From Fistulifera solaris (taxonomy: Eukaryota), in NCBI GenBank assembly GCA_030295235.1, contig AP026120.1:1-64000 (forward strand): 64,000 bases of DNA, given 5' to 3'. A program made the position numbers and the translations under genes. Below are positions 46,741 to 58,852 of the stretch, piece after piece. Every line of letters begins with the position of its first letter. The stretch's first letter is position 1. The notes beneath the pieces were generated by a model, which was given only the letters and a program-made list of their open reading frames with translations, had not been told where the DNA came from and ran no database searches.

Positions 46741-47448
46741 ATGAAAAAATATATAATCGAGTTAAAAAATAGAGTTTTTTTGTTACTTTTAACATCTTTA
46801 TCCATGCTTATAGTTGGTTACACCTATAAAGAAAATTTATTATTTTTATTTTTAGAATCAGAAATTTTCACAAGAAATGAATTTCACACTGACTATTTTA
46901 TTTTTACAGATGTTTCTGAAGTCTTTCTTGTTTATATTCAGCTTATCCTATTTTTAAATTTTCAAGTGACGTTAGTGTATTTTTTTTACCATACTTTCGT
47001 TTTTACTAGCGGTGGGCTTTTTAAAAAAGAATATTATTACTTTCGTTACATTTTGAAAGTATTAATTTTTGTTTGGCTTCTTTCTATATGCATTTCTAAA
47101 TATATTTTTATACCTATCATGAGAGATTTTTTCTTTAATTTTCAAAATTTTAGTAGTATAAATTTACATTTTGAAGCTAAATTAAATCAATATTTTGATT
47201 TTTATGTGAAATTCTACTATATGTTCATTTTTTATTGTCAAATTTTTACGTTATTGTTTTTTTTGATGGACTATGCTAATACAAATATTAGAATGATAAA
47301 AAAGTTTCGTAAACTTTATTATTATTTTTTTATATTGTTTTCAACATTTATTAGTCCCCCAGATATCTTTAATCAAATTTTTATAAGTTTCTTTTTAATA
47401 ATCCTTTACGAATTCTTTATATTTCGCTTCGTATTCAGATCCTTATAA
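46741..47448 (+). CDS. tatC: TatC
   Basis: ELKNR, FRKLYY, SPPD. Confidence 0.92.
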   Translation: MKKYIIELKNRVFLLLLTSLSMLIVGYTYKENLLFLFLESEIFTRNEFHTDYFIFTDVSEVFLVYIQLILFLNFQVTLVYFFYHTFVFTSGGLFKKEYYYFRYILKVLIFVWLLSICISKYIFIPIMRDFFFNFQNFSSINLHFEAKLNQYFDFYVKFYYMFIFYCQIFTLLFFLMDYANTNIRMIKKFRKLYYYFFILFSTFISPPDIFNQIFISFFLIILYEFFIFRFVFRSL

Positions 47449-47453
47449 CATTT

Positions 47454-48439
47454 TTAATTAGGTAACCAATTAAAACTGATTAATATTCCCACAGTAAATA
47501 ATAAATACCCCAAGGTTAAAGGTAAAAAACACTTCCATCCTAAGAACATAAGTTGGTCATATCTGTATCTTGGTAAAGTTGCTCTTGTAACAATAAAGAA
47601 AGTAGCTCCAATAATAATTTTCAGACTTAACCATATAGGACCTGGAATAATGTTAAAAAAAATATATCTAAAGGCGGTAACCAACCACCTAGGAATAATA
47701 TAGCTGAAAGAGTACTCATAAGAAGCATGTTAGCATATTCACCAAGAAAAAATAAAGCAAAAGTCATTGCTGAATATTCTACATTATATCCTGAAACTAG
47801 CTCTGCTTCTGCTTCTGGTAAATCAAACGGGTGTCGATTGGTTTCTGCTAACATTGAAACATAAAAAATGATAAAAATAGGTAATAATGGAAAAATAAAC
47901 CAAATTTTTTTTTGTGCTAATACGATAGTGCTTAGATTAAAAGAGCCTGCACAAATAACAACACTTAAAACAGTAAACCCTATAGATATTTCATAAGATA
48001 TCATTTGAGCTGCAGATCTTAACGCCCCTAAATAAGCATATTTCGAGTTACTTGACCAGCCTGCAAAAAGAATACCATAAACGTTTAATGATGAAATAGC
48101 AAATAGGTATAATATACCTAAATTGATGTCACAAAGAACTGCACCTTCAGAAAAAGGTATAACAGACCAACCTATTAAGCTCAATATGAAAGATAAAGAA
48201 GGAGCTAATAAAAAAATACCTGTATTGGCACTTGCTGGTAGTGTTGTTTCTTTTGCAAATAATTTTAGGCCATCAGCTAATGGCTGTAGTAAACCTATAA
48301 AACCTACAACGTTAGGTCCTCTACGTCTTTGGATAGAACCCATAATTTTCCGTTCTGCGATAGTAAAATAAGCAACGGCGATTAACAATGGAACAACAAT
48401 ACTAAGAATTTTTAAAATAGTAATTAATATTAAGATCAT
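47454..48439 (-). CDS. nad1: NADH dehydrogenase subunit 1
   Basis: One frameshift; PRYRYDQLM. Confidence 0.96.
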
Positions 48440-48448
48440 GGATTTTTT

Positions 48449-48523
48449 AAGCTAAAACCGGATTTGAACCGATATTTTAAGATTTGCAATCTAACACATT
48501 AACCTGATTTATGTTATTTAGCC
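48449..48523 (-). tRNA. trnC: tRNA-Cys(GCA)
   Basis: Copy of 5074-5148. Confidence 0.92.
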
Positions 48524-48534
48524 TTTTTAGAGTT

Positions 48535-48620
48535 AGGATAAGGTGGGATTCGAACCCACGGTATTTGTTCAATACAATAGTTTTCAAAACTAACGCCTTA
48601 AACCACTCGACCACTTATCC
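48535..48620 (-). tRNA. trnS: tRNA-Ser(UGA)
   Basis: Copy of 5160-5245. Confidence 0.93.
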
Positions 48621-48627
48621 ATAAAGA

Positions 48628-48700
48628 AGCAAGTAAAGGGATTCGAACCCTTATCTTTAATCTTGGCAAGATTACACTCTACCAATTGAGTTATACCTGC
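48628..48700 (-). tRNA. trnG: tRNA-Gly(GCC)
   Basis: Copy of 5253-5325. Confidence 0.93.
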
Positions 48701-48703
48701 TTT

Positions 48704-49246
48704 TTATTTCTTTTCAAATGGTATCTTTATTGAATTAAAAATAAATTGTAGTTCTTCTTTTTTTTTTGATGTCATTACTATTGTTACATGTAAATTCCGT
48801 AAATTGTTAAATAAATAATAATTTTCTTCTAATTCTTGGAAACTAAATGTATCGACTAATTCGTACGAAAAAATATTTTCTTTCATTTTTTTACTAGTTT
48901 TTAATCCTTCAAAATTTTTTAACTTAGGAAAAATGTCTATCAGCATTTTAGTTAGAAATGCAAAGCTTTTCTTCTTTCTCAGTGTCACTTTACAACCTAC
49001 AGGATGTCCTTTTCTAATTTTCAATAAAACATTATTGTGTTTTGTTAGAGTTAGAGTACTTTTTTGGTTTGTAATTAACTCTAACGCTAACGCACTAGTT
49101 GACAAGGTTTTTAAATCACTTGTTTTACATCCAAAGTTTAAAATAATTTTTTCTATTTGTGGTATTGTTTTTGTGTTTTTGTATAAAAACTTATTAATTA
49201 AATCATATTTTAAAGTTTTAGAATAAAATTTTTCTATAAAGTTCAT
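48704..49246 (-). CDS. rpl5: ribosomal protein L5
   Basis: IEKIILN, LELITNQK, GCKVTLR. Confidence 0.93.
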   Translation of the reverse strand: MNFIEKFYSKTLKYDLINKFLYKNTKTIPQIEKIILNFGCKTSDLKTLSTSALALELITNQKSTLTLTKHNNVLLKIRKGHPVGCKVTLRKKKSFAFLTKMLIDIFPKLKNFEGLKTSKKMKENIFSYELVDTFSFQELEENYYLFNNLRNLHVTIVMTSKKKEELQFIFNSIKIPFEKK

Positions 49247-49255
49247 TTTAGTTTT

Positions 49256-49636
49256 TTAGATTAATCCAGAAGACATACTTATAAATTTTTGAAATTTTTT
49301 CTTTTTTAATAATTTGGGTAGAGGTCCAATAATTCTTGTACTAACAGGATTCTCTTGTTTATTTACTAATACTACAGAATTTTCGCCAAACCATATTTGT
49401 GAACCATCCTTTTTTTTGTGAGGAACTTTTGTTCTGATTATTAATGCTTTATAAACTTCTCCCTTTTTAACTTTTGATGTTTTTTTTGATTTATTTCTAA
49501 GTTGTTGTACTGAGACTATGATATTGTCTCCTAATTTAGCATATTTTTTTCTAAATCCACCTAAGACTCTTATACATCTGACAGTTTTAGCTCCTGAATT
49601 ATCAGAAACTTTTAAAATAGTTTGCTGTTGAATCAT
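49256..49636 (-). CDS. rpl14: ribosomal protein L14
   Basis: DNSGAK, TRIIGP. Confidence 0.95.
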   Translation of the reverse strand: MIQQQTILKVSDNSGAKTVRCIRVLGGFRKKYAKLGDNIIVSVQQLRNKSKKTSKVKKGEVYKALIIRTKVPHKKKDGSQIWFGENSVVLVNKQENPVSTRIIGPLPKLLKKKKFQKFISMSSGLI

Positions 49637-49648
49637 GATTGATTATTT

Positions 49649-49722
49649 GCACTTATAGCTCAATTGGATAGAGCGTTGGATTTCGGTCCCAAAGGTTATA
49701 GGTTCAACTCCTATTAAGTGTA
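49649..49722 (+). tRNA. trnR: tRNA-Arg(UCG)
   Basis: Copy of 6268-6341. Confidence 0.9.
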
Positions 49723-49742
49723 TTATTATACTTTAAAATAAA

Positions 49743-50188
49743 CTACTTCCATCTATAGTATCTGAAAAAATGTTTTTTAGCTAAAACATTTTTCTGTAAT
49801 TCGCTCTTGGTTTTTACACTCTCTCCTTTGTTTTTGGAGCAAATCAAGATTTCTTTTGATAGACTTTGACTTTGACTAAAATATTCAATATTTTTTTTTG
49901 AATTCTTTAGAATAAATTTTAGCGCCAGAGAAATTCTAGATGTTCTAGTTTTTAAAAATCCAGGTATCTCTCGAAACCTGTTATTTTTACTTTTTTTCTT
50001 TTTTTTAATTTAATTTTATGAAGTTTAAAAATGGGAGTTGAATGAATTAACGCTAATTGAAAAACTTTACTAAAGCGTTTTGTTGAGTTTTTTTGTAATT
50101 CCTTTACGCTTTTTAATAAATTTTTCTCACTAGTTTCTTTTTTACCATTTAATGTTAAATGATTAATTAATTTGGTTTTTATTTTCAT
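49743..50188 (-). CDS. rps7: ribosomal protein S7 (frameshifted)
   Basis: Copy of 6362-6808. Confidence 0.85.
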
Positions 50189-50579
50189 TTAGTTTTATTA
50201 TAAAAATCTTTTTAGGTTTTTTGTACCATATTTAGATCTCGATGTTTTTCGGTCTTTCAATCCTGCAAAATCTAGCTTTCCTCTCACCAAATGATATTTT
50301 ACTCCAGGTAAATCTTTCACACGGCCTCCCTCTCATTAATACGGTTGAGTACTCTTGAAGATTATGCCCTTCGCCTGGTATATATGCATATACTCTTTTT
50401 TGGTTGGATAATCGTAATTTTGTTAATTTACGTAAGGCTGAATTTGGTTTTCTAGGAGTTCTGAAAACAAGTTTTGTACAAATTCCTTTTTTTTGTGGAC
50501 ACCCTTCTAGTGCAGGTGTTTTATTTAATTTTTTTCTAGGTTTTCTTTTATTTTTTAAAAGTTGATTATAAGTAGGCAT
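50185..50579 (-). CDS. rps12: ribosomal protein S12 (frameshifted)
   Basis: [20 protein letters not shown]. Confidence 0.93.
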
Positions 50580-50596
50580 ATCAATAAAATTTTATT

Positions 50597-50679
50597 TACC
50601 AAAAAGGGGACTCGAACCCCTACTCTTCAGAAGAACTAGAACCTAAACCTAGCATGTCTACCAATTCCATCATTTTGGC
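50597..50679 (-). tRNA. trnL: tRNA-Leu(UAG)
   Basis: Copy of 7218-7299. Confidence 0.92.
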
Positions 50680-50705
50680 AAAACGATTTTTTTTTACAAA
50701 AATTT

Positions 50706-50790
50706 TACTCGTTATCGGACTTGAACCGATACTCTTTATAGAAGAATCAGATTTTAAGTCTGACGTGTCTACCAATTCCACCAAACGAGC
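50706..50790 (-). tRNA. trnL: tRNA-Leu(UAA)
   Basis: Copy of 7327-7411. Confidence 0.93.
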
Positions 50791-50813
50791 ATTCATATCT
50801 TTACGTAAATTTC

Positions 50814-51016
50814 ATGGCACAGCTTGATTCTTTAATTATTTTGCCTCTTCTTTGGTCTTTATTGGTTGTTTTAGTTATTTATTATAAAATATCTATTGAG
50901 AGCTTACTTCCTTCATTTTTTGGTGTTAAAAATTTCGAGAAAAAAAATTAGGATCACCAAATTTTTACTCGTTTAAAAGTAGCTTGAAATTTAAAAATTC
51001 ATATAATAGTTTTTAA
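50814..51016 (+). CDS. atp8: ATP synthase subunit 8 (frameshifted)
   Basis: MAQLD start. Confidence 0.8.
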
Positions 51017-51043
51017 GAAAAATTATATACAAATTTAATAATA

Positions 51044-51116
51044 GGGGGTATAACTTAATTGGTAGAGTGTATGCTTTGCAAGCATAAAGTTATCGGTTCG
51101 AGTCCGATTATCTCCA
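51044..51116 (+). tRNA. trnA: tRNA-Ala(UGC)
   Basis: Copy of 7664-7736. Confidence 0.95.
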
Positions 51117-51150
51117 TAATCTATATTAATGTATAATATTTTATTTAGTT

Positions 51151-51222
51151 CTCTTCAGGCCGGATTTGAACCAACGTCCAGGTGGTTAACAGCCACTTGC
51201 TCTACCGCTGAGCTACTGAAGA
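51151..51222 (-). tRNA. trnN: tRNA-Asn(GUU)
   Basis: Copy of 7771-7842. Confidence 0.95.
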
Positions 51223-51227
51223 AAAAT

Positions 51228-51947
51228 TTATTGTTTATTTAAATCAACAAGAATTTTTTCTAAATTTAAGTTAAACAGAAATAAAGTAGAAGTATTAAGA
51301 TTTTTTATATCACCGAAAACGATTTGCATTGTTTTATAATTAATAATCAAATGTTTCGGTGGTATTGGCCAATGGATAGCTTTTCTAATATTTGATTCAA
51401 ATTGTTTATAGTATTTCGGTTCGATTGAAATTAAATCACCTTTGTTTAAATTATAAGATTTACTCTTCACAATTTTGTTGTTTACTAAAACGCGTCCATG
51501 TGAAATAAATTGTTGCGCGTTTCTAACACTGTGACAAAATTTAGATCTATATAAAACTAGATCTAGCCGTTTTTCGAGTAGTTCTATGAAAACTTTATTA
51601 ATATTTTTATTTTTTTTATTTTTAGCCTTTAAAATGCTGCCCTTTAAAATTCTTTTTTGTGTATTACCTAAAAAAAGTTTTAAAGCCTTATAAGCTTGAA
51701 GTGTGTTTTTAAAATTCTTTTTATAAGCTGTGTATCTATTAGGATGTTTTGAAACAACATACAAATCTTGGTTATTAGGTTTAAATTTTCGGTACCATTT
51801 TAATTTTCCTTTGTAAAAATGAATAAATTTACCCCATTTTTTTTTGTCAAATTTCAGGACCTTTTTTTTATTTAACACATTTTCCCTAAGATTTATAAGT
51901 TTTTTATATAAAGGCTTGAATTTTGTATTTCTTTTTTTAAAAATCAT
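51228..51947 (-). CDS. rps4: ribosomal protein S4
   Basis: S4 domain. Confidence 0.94.
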   Translation of the reverse strand: MIFKKRNTKFKPLYKKLINLRENVLNKKKVLKFDKKKWGKFIHFYKGKLKWYRKFKPNNQDLYVVSKHPNRYTAYKKNFKNTLQAYKALKLFLGNTQKRILKGSILKAKNKKNKNINKVFIELLEKRLDLVLYRSKFCHSVRNAQQFISHGRVLVNNKIVKSKSYNLNKGDLISIEPKYYKQFESNIRKAIHWPIPPKHLIINYKTMQIVFGDIKNLNTSTLFLFNLNLEKILVDLNKQ

Positions 51948-51959
51948 TTTAATTAGTTG

Positions 51960-52673
51960 TTAGATCTTTTTAATTATTTTCTTATAACTTTTTTTAGGTA
52001 GTTTTTTATAATTCTCTTTAATAGATTTTTTGTTAGGTTTTTTCATTACAACTTTGTAATGAGTTTTGACCATTTTGTTAGAACCTTTTCTTAAAGTTGA
52101 AATTAGTAATGAGTAAAATAAATTATTTCTTGTTTTTTTATTCACAAATTTAAAATTACCAGGTACTTTGTAACTAGGTTTATTAAAACAGATGTTTAAA
52201 TTTGTGTTTAGCATTATAACAGGAATTCTAGCAACGTAACCCTCATTTAATACGTCATTACTATTATCTGAGTTATTAATTACAATTACTAAATCAATAT
52301 TTTTTTTTAATTGAAATAAAAGTTCTGATATTTGATTTTTTGTGGTGTTTTTATTTTTTAATAAATTTGAAAAATTTGTATTCTTATTACTTATAGCTCC
52401 ATTTAGCCATACCGAATTAGGAATAAAAATATGTTTAGTATTTTTAATTAATTCTTGTAGTTTTAAAGTTATATTAAAGGGTAGCCCAACAAATAAAATT
52501 CTTTTATTAAATACATTGTATTTATAAATTAAATAACAAATTTTTTTTAATCGATACTCTATATCTTCAATTTTGATATTTTCTAAGTATTGCTCTTTAG
52601 TATAAATTTTAGTTTGTATCAATTTAAGTTTTACTAGTTTATTTCTACGTTGTTGTATTCTTTTTATTTTCAT
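51960..52673 (-). CDS. rps2: ribosomal protein S2
   Basis: Intact ORF with S2 motifs. Confidence 0.88.
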   Translation of the reverse strand: MKIKRIQQRRNKLVKLKLIQTKIYTKEQYLENIKIEDIEYRLKKICYLIYKYNVFNKRILFVGLPFNITLKLQELIKNTKHIFIPNSVWLNGAISNKNTNFSNLLKNKNTTKNQISELLFQLKKNIDLVIVINNSDNSNDVLNEGYVARIPVIMLNTNLNICFNKPSYKVPGNFKFVNKKTRNNLFYSLLISTLRKGSNKMVKTHYKVVMKKPNKKSIKENYKKLPKKSYKKIIKKI

Positions 52674-52708
52674 AGAATTGTTTTTTAGATAACTTTTTGT
52701 TTTTATAT

Positions 52709-53288
52709 TTATACTTTTTTACCTTCTTTTATATTAATTTTCTCATTCTCATATAAAATACCCTTTCCTTTATATGGTTCTGGTTTTTTATACGATCTAA
52801 TTAGTGCTGCTGTTTGAGTTATATTTTGATAGGAATTTCCATATATAAATAATTTTATTCTTTTTAAACAAAAAATCTTGGCTTCTTCATTTATTTTAAA
52901 AAAGATTGGGTGACTATAGCCTAATCTAAACATCAGTAATCTATTTTCAAAATTATCTACATCAAAAGTTCTGTATCCAATACCAACAAATTTTAGTTTT
53001 TGATATAATAAATATGAAGTTTCTAGAATGACTTGTTTAATGAGTGCTGCAGTAGTTCCTTTTAGAGCATTAATATTTTTTTTTTTGTTTGTTTGATATT
53101 TTTGAGCAAGGCTCTGAGCTTACTACAATTGTTTTTTGGTCTTCACTTACAAATACCTTCAATTCTAGTTTTAAAGATTTTCTTTTCAGAGGGCCTATGA
53201 CCGTAAGTATGTTTTTATCAGACAAATATAAAATTGTAATGTGACTTGGTATTTTAATTATATATTTATTATTATGTGTTTTTTCCAT
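52709..53288 (-). CDS. rpl6: ribosomal protein L6 (frameshifted)
   Basis: PEPYKGKGI. Confidence 0.92.
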
Positions 53289-53304
53289 AGATCAGTAGAT
53301 TTTT

Positions 53305-53682
53305 TTACTTTATAATTATATATGGCTCACCTCCTATTTTTAATTTTTTACAATTATTAATTGATTGTAATCCTTTGTTTGTTGAAAATATAATAAAAGA
53401 CTTTGTTGAATCTATTTTCCAAATTTGTTTTATTGAATAATAAACACGACGGCTAGGCTTAGATATCGATTTTATAGAATTGATAGCAGGACTGCCATTT
53501 TTATATTTTAGAAATATTTTAATTTTATTAGGGGACAAAACGTAACCAAGAATAAAACCTTCATCCCAAAGAATTTTTAAAAAAGATTCACATATTTTTT
53601 TCCTTTCGTTATAGACAAAGTTTCTTCGAGAAAGTTGACCTTTTTTGATAGTATCAAACATACAATATAGATGATTTTTCAT
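53305..53682 (-). CDS. rps8: ribosomal protein S8
   Basis: True ATG at 53682; the ORF track extends into trnF. Confidence 0.93.
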   Translation of the reverse strand: MKNHLYCMFDTIKKGQLSRRNFVYNERKKICESFLKILWDEGFILGYVLSPNKIKIFLKYKNGSPAINSIKSISKPSRRVYYSIKQIWKIDSTKSFIIFSTNKGLQSINNCKKLKIGGEPYIIIK

Positions 53683-53696
53683 TCTAAATTTATTTT

Positions 53697-53769
53697 TGTC
53701 TAGAGGCAGGTTTGAACTGCCGACACAAGGATTTTCAGTCCTTTGCTCTACCAACTGAGCTATCTAAAC
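53697..53769 (-). tRNA. trnF: tRNA-Phe(GAA)
   Basis: Copy of 10311-10383. Confidence 0.95.
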
Positions 53770-53772
53770 TTT

Positions 53773-54293
53773 TTAAGAATTATTTATAATTAACTCTCCA
53801 TATACATCAAACACTTTTAACATATTTAATGTCTGTATTTGTTTAGTAGAAAATTGAGTTAAATTATTAGCTCGTTTTTTGTTAAGTTCCACAGATTGAT
53901 TTAGTTTTTTTGTATAATTTCTTATTTTAAAATTATTTGGGTGAAACATCGATATTTCTAAACTTTTTTCTTTTTTTTTTATTCAAAGAAAGTTTAATTT
54001 TAAGTTTTAAATCTGATAAAATTTTTTCTTTAATGTTTTTCAAGAAAAATACATTTTTAAATTTATTAAAATTATAACTTGATAATTGTCTAGAAAACAT
54101 ATGACTCTCAAACTGTTCTTGAGCTTTTTTGTTTACATGTGGTGATTTTAAAATTGTTAAAATACGCCTTTTTGTTTTTTTTCTTAAAATGCTTTTTTAG
54201 ACCAGATTTTTTAAAATCATTTAATAAAAATAAAAAAGCATTGTTTAAGGAATTCTTATTTTTTGAAGAAAATGTTATATGATAAGCTTTCAT
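53773..54293 (-). CDS. rps10: ribosomal protein S10 (frameshifted)
   Basis: KSPHVNKKAQEQFE. Confidence 0.85.
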
Positions 54294-54316
54294 AAAAGTT
54301 TAATTATTGAAAATTA

Positions 54317-55085
54317 TTAACTTCCGTCTTGGATATAAATACAAGTTAAAATAACAAATACATAAGTTTGAATTAAAGCTACTCCCAATTCTAAACCAAA
54401 TAATATAACAACGATAACCATTGGTAAAATTAGTCCTAAAGAAGTTAAATTCTCAAGTAGTAACATACTCCAAGCAAAACCTATAATAACTTTTAATAAG
54501 CTATGTCCAGCCATTAAATTAATAAATAATCGCATACCTAAACTAATAGGTCGAGCAATATAAGAAATAAATTCAATAGGAACTAAAATTAAAGCTAAAA
54601 AGAAACTACTGTTTGCTGGAAGGAATAACGCAAATCCTTGCATTTTATACTTTTCAAAAGTCATAATAGTAATTCCAATGAAAATTGAAAATGATAAAGT
54701 AAAAGTAACAATTACGTGACTAGTTGCTGTAAAAGTATAAGGTATTAAACCAATCAAATTACTGAATAAAATGAAATTAAACACTACAGAGATAATTGGA
54801 ACATATTTTTGGTTATCTGTAGTGATTATATCAGAAATTAATTGAGCAGATGCTTCTGAAATACCCTCAATTGTTTTTTTGCCATGCGTTTGGATTAAAA
54901 TAAATTGATGTTTTTTGAAAAGAGCTGGCTTCTACTCTTGCGCTGCTTAAATAAATAAGGCTTGAAAAAATAGTTAAAGCTAATATGTTAATTAATAAAA
55001 AGTTTGTTATTGAAAAGTCTAAGTTTAAAAATTTAATATTTACTAATGATAATATTTGAAATTGTTCTAATGGAGCTTTTAGCAT
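54317..55085 (-). CDS. atp6: ATP synthase subunit a (frameshifted)
   Basis: Copy of 10929-11697. Confidence 0.95.
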
Positions 55086-55117
55086 TTATGATAATAATTA
55101 TATATGTAAAATATATA

Positions 55118-55182
55118 TTGAAATAAAAGGATTCGAACCTTTAGCATACCCTCTTATCACATCTTGTGATAAGATTATTTCA
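55118..55182 (-). ncRNA. t-element 1 (second copy)
   Basis: Identical to 11730-11794. Confidence 0.7.
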
Positions 55183-55216
55183 ATTATACGTGTAGTTTCA
55201 TAGCAAAAAAAGAAGT

Positions 55217-55516
55217 TTACCAACTAGATTTTTTCATTCCATTTATTTTACCTAGTCGAATCAATTTTAACAGAACATGTCTTGAAAAATTAGTATTTTT
55301 ATTAAATCTTTTTTTGTTTATAGTTGCGACACATCGATTTGAAAATTTAGTTTTATTATTAGTTGTGGATAATAAATTCAATTTTAGATACGCATTCCAT
55401 CGTACTAAAGTAAAAAAATTTGAGTTTTTGTAAATAGATTTTAATATTAAATATTTTTTTTCTATCTCAGAAAATTGTGATCTTAATTTTTTATCTTTTG
55501 CAAATAATTTTTTCAT
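55217..55516 (-). CDS. rps14: ribosomal protein S14
   Basis: Intact; ends KKSSW. Confidence 0.93.
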   Translation of the reverse strand: MKKLFAKDKKLRSQFSEIEKKYLILKSIYKNSNFFTLVRWNAYLKLNLLSTTNNKTKFSNRCVATINKKRFNKNTNFSRHVLLKLIRLGKINGMKKSSW

Positions 55517-55518
55517 GC

Positions 55519-56081
55519 TTATTTTTTATTAAAAACTTCCCATGGTGAAATAAACTCAAAAGTTCTATATTCTTGAGCTAATTCTACATTTTCGTATACA
55601 ACTCGATTTTTTGTTACATTGTACCGTGCTTCAGTATATCCACTTAAAGGAAAATCTTTTCTTAACGGGTAACCTTGAAAACCATAATCAGTTAATAAAC
55701 GAGTCAAACTTGAATGATTAAGAAAAAATATACCATACATGTCAAAATTTCAGATTCCCACCATCCTGCTGCTGGAAATACTTTTTGAATAGAGTGTACT
55801 GGAGTTAATTCATCTGTTAAAATTTTTATTCTAACTCTTCCATTGTAATGAATACTTAAAAGATCGTAGACAACTTGAAATCTATATAAGTTTTCAGGAT
55901 AGTCTACTCCTGAAACACAAGTTAAAACTTTAAATCGATAATTAAAATGATTTTTAAGAACTTGCATCACGTTTACTATGGAGTTAGTTGGAGTTAAAAA
56001 TACTGCTTCTTCTTCATTATAAAGTTCGAATCTTACGATTGGTAATATTTTAATTATATTTTCACTTATAGATAATAGCAT
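55519..56081 (-). CDS. nad9: NADH dehydrogenase subunit 9 (one frameshift)
   Basis: Copy of 12129-12691. Confidence 0.95.
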
Positions 56082-56091
56082 TTATATTAAT

Positions 56092-56282
56092 TTAAAATTT
56101 TAAATATTGTTTTTTATATTTAACAGACTGATAAGAAGTTTTAGTAAAATTAGTGGTTTGTTTTTTGTTTAAAAAAAGTTTTTATGATCTTTATCATATG
56201 CTTTAAATTGCTTAAAAGCTGGACTAGATAAAGTAGTTAAATTTATACTTCCATCAGATAATAACTGAATATATTTTGTCAT
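56092..56282 (-). CDS. rpl31: probable ribosomal protein L31
   Basis: Copy of 12702-12892. Confidence 0.6.
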
Positions 56283-56286
56283 TTTT

Positions 56287-57483
56287 TTACCTATCAATTT
56301 CACCAAAAACAACGTCTAGAGTTCCAATAATAGTTACAACATCAGCTAGCATGTGGCCACGTGACATATAGTCTAAAGCTTGCAGATGACCAAATCCTGG
56401 TGCTTTTATTTTACACCTGTAAGGTTTATTAGTATTGTCTGAAACTAAATAAACACCAAATTCACCTTTTGGTGCTTCAGTTGCTGTATAAGTTTCATTA
56501 GCTGGAATAGAAATTCCATTTGTGTAAATTTTAAAATGATGAATCATACCTTCCATAGAAGATTTCATTTCAGTTCTAGTCGGTGGGCATAGTTTATTGT
56601 CATTTGTCTTAACTAATCCTTCTGGAATCTTATTTAAACATTGTGAAATTATATTTAATGACTCTTTCATTTCAATAATTCTAATTAAATATCTATCATA
56701 ACAATCACCGTTTGTTCCAACTGGAATAGCAAAATCAATTTGATCATATATCTCATAAGGTTGACTTTTTCTTAAATCCCAGTTTATACCCGAACCTCTT
56801 AGCATTACTCCACTAAATCCCCAATCCATAGCGTCTTTAGAAGAAACAACTCCTACATCAATTAGTCTCTGTTTCCAAATTCGGTTTTCAGACAACATTT
56901 CCTCAATTTCTAATAATCTATTAGTAAACTGCTCTACAAAAATATAAATATCTGAAAGCAAACCTTTAGGCAGATCTACATGAACACCACCAGGTCTAAA
57001 ATAAAAAGCATGCATTCTTGCACCAGAAACTCTTTCGTAAAACTCCATCAATTTTTCACGCTCCTCGAAACCCCAAAGCATAGGAGTCATAGCACCAACA
57101 TCCATAGCATGGCAGCCGACTGCAAGCAAGTGATTTAAAATACGAGTAATTTCGGCAAATATTACACGAATATATTTCGCTCTTTCAGGAATTTTACAAT
57201 TCAATAATTTTTCAACAGCTAAGCAATATGAATGCTCTTGAGCTAGCATAGACACATAATCTAATCGATCAAAATATGGCAAAGCTTGTAAATAATTTTT
57301 ATATTCTATTAATTTTTCGGTTCCTCTATGTAAAAGTCCGATATGTGGAGTTGCTTTTATCACAGTTTCACCTTTTAACTCAAGTAATAATCTTAAAACA
57401 CCGTGCGCAGCTGGATGCTGTGGTCCGAAATTTAAAGTAAAATTTTTTACTTTTTTTAATAAATCCTTTTTTTTAAAAGTCAT
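56287..57483 (-). CDS. nad7: NADH dehydrogenase subunit 7
   Basis: Intact, 398 aa. Confidence 0.98.
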   Translation of the reverse strand: MTFKKKDLLKKVKNFTLNFGPQHPAAHGVLRLLLELKGETVIKATPHIGLLHRGTEKLIEYKNYLQALPYFDRLDYVSMLAQEHSYCLAVEKLLNCKIPERAKYIRVIFAEITRILNHLLAVGCHAMDVGAMTPMLWGFEEREKLMEFYERVSGARMHAFYFRPGGVHVDLPKGLLSDIYIFVEQFTNRLLEIEEMLSENRIWKQRLIDVGVVSSKDAMDWGFSGVMLRGSGINWDLRKSQPYEIYDQIDFAIPVGTNGDCYDRYLIRIIEMKESLNIISQCLNKIPEGLVKTNDNKLCPPTRTEMKSSMEGMIHHFKIYTNGISIPANETYTATEAPKGEFGVYLVSDNTNKPYRCKIKAPGFGHLQALDYMSRGHMLADVVTIIGTLDVVFGEIDR

Positions 57484-57520
57484 AAAATATATTTAAAATA
57501 CAAATTTTATTATAGACTGC

Positions 57521-57594
57521 TAAGCTTAAGTAGACTTGAACTACCGACCTTGCGCTTATCAGGCACATGCTCTAACCAACTGAGCTATAAGCTT
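57521..57594 (-). tRNA. trnI: tRNA-Ile(GAU)
   Basis: Copy of 14132-14205. Confidence 0.95.
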
Positions 57595-57602
57595 TTAACT
57601 TA

Positions 57603-58401
57603 TTAATTAAACTCTAAATTTGACATTATCACATAATGATACTGTACAGATGGAACTGCAAATAAAACAATAGGCATAAATCCATGGTTAACACCACAAA
57701 TCTCACTACACTGTCCAAAGAAAAGTCCAAATCTCTTAATGAATAAATTAGCTTGATTCAATCTTCCTGGGCAAGCATCTACTTTTATTCCAAAAGATGG
57801 GATAGTCCAACTATGTAATACGTCTACTGCAGTAATTAACAATCGCAAGTGGGTATTTGTAGGTAAGATAACACGTTTATTTGTTTCTAAATTCCGAAAA
57901 AAACCCATTGCATTTTTTTTCTTTTAATGACTCATCAGTAAGCATATAACAAGAATATTTTAAATGCTGAGTACCTGAACAAGAGTTGAAATCAGAAATT
58001 TCGTAACTCCAATACCATTGGTGACCTAAAATCTTTAAAGTTAACTCAGGATTTGAAATTTCGTCTAAACTATACAAAAGAGAAAAAAGACGGTGAAGCT
58101 ATACTTAAAAGAATTAAAGCAGGAACAGAAGTCCAAATAATTTCTAATGCGTTATTATGAGTAAAATTACTTGGTTTACTGTTACTAAATTCCATAAAGT
58201 TTCTTATAACTAAAAATAATAACCAAGCTACTACAGTCACAATCGCAATAATTACAAACAATAAATGAAGGTTAAATAAAAAAATACCCTCCATAACTGT
58301 AGTGGCAGGATCTTGAAATCCTAATTGATATGCTGAACTACTATCTCCGAACCAATTACTTATAATTATAAACACAGGGATAGAAGTGTTTTAAAAAACA
58401 T
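57603..58401 (-). CDS. cox2: cytochrome c oxidase subunit 2 (frameshifted)
   Basis: Copy of 14214-15012. Confidence 0.95.
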
Positions 58402-58440
58402 TTTTATTATTTAATATTCAATTTAACGAAAGAATATTTT

Positions 58441-58846
58441 TTAGTCCCAGTCTAACGCACGAACATACCAGACGTAAAAAAACCCAATACCTAACTCAAA
58501 TAAGAAATCAATCATAGACCAAAAACCTAATAGATCTAATTTAGCTAAAGAAACACACCAAGGGATTAAAAACATAATTTCGATATCGAAAATAATGAAT
58601 AAAATAGCAATTACACAAAATCGAACGTCAAATGTATGACGAGTATCTTCGTAAGGCTCAAAGCCACACTCATAAGCCGATAATTTTTCAGGATCGGGAT
58701 TTTGTCTAACTAAAAAATAAGACGCACCAATAATAACAATGGTTAATAAAACAGCAATTACTAAAAAAGTTAAAAGAACAGAATATTCTTTTTTTTATTA
58801 AAGAGTCTTCGAAAAAAAACATCATATTATAATCAAAATTTGCCAT
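58441..58846 (-). CDS. nad3: NADH dehydrogenase subunit 3
   Basis: Copy of 15052-15455. Confidence 0.93.
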
Positions 58847-58852
58847 GAAAAT

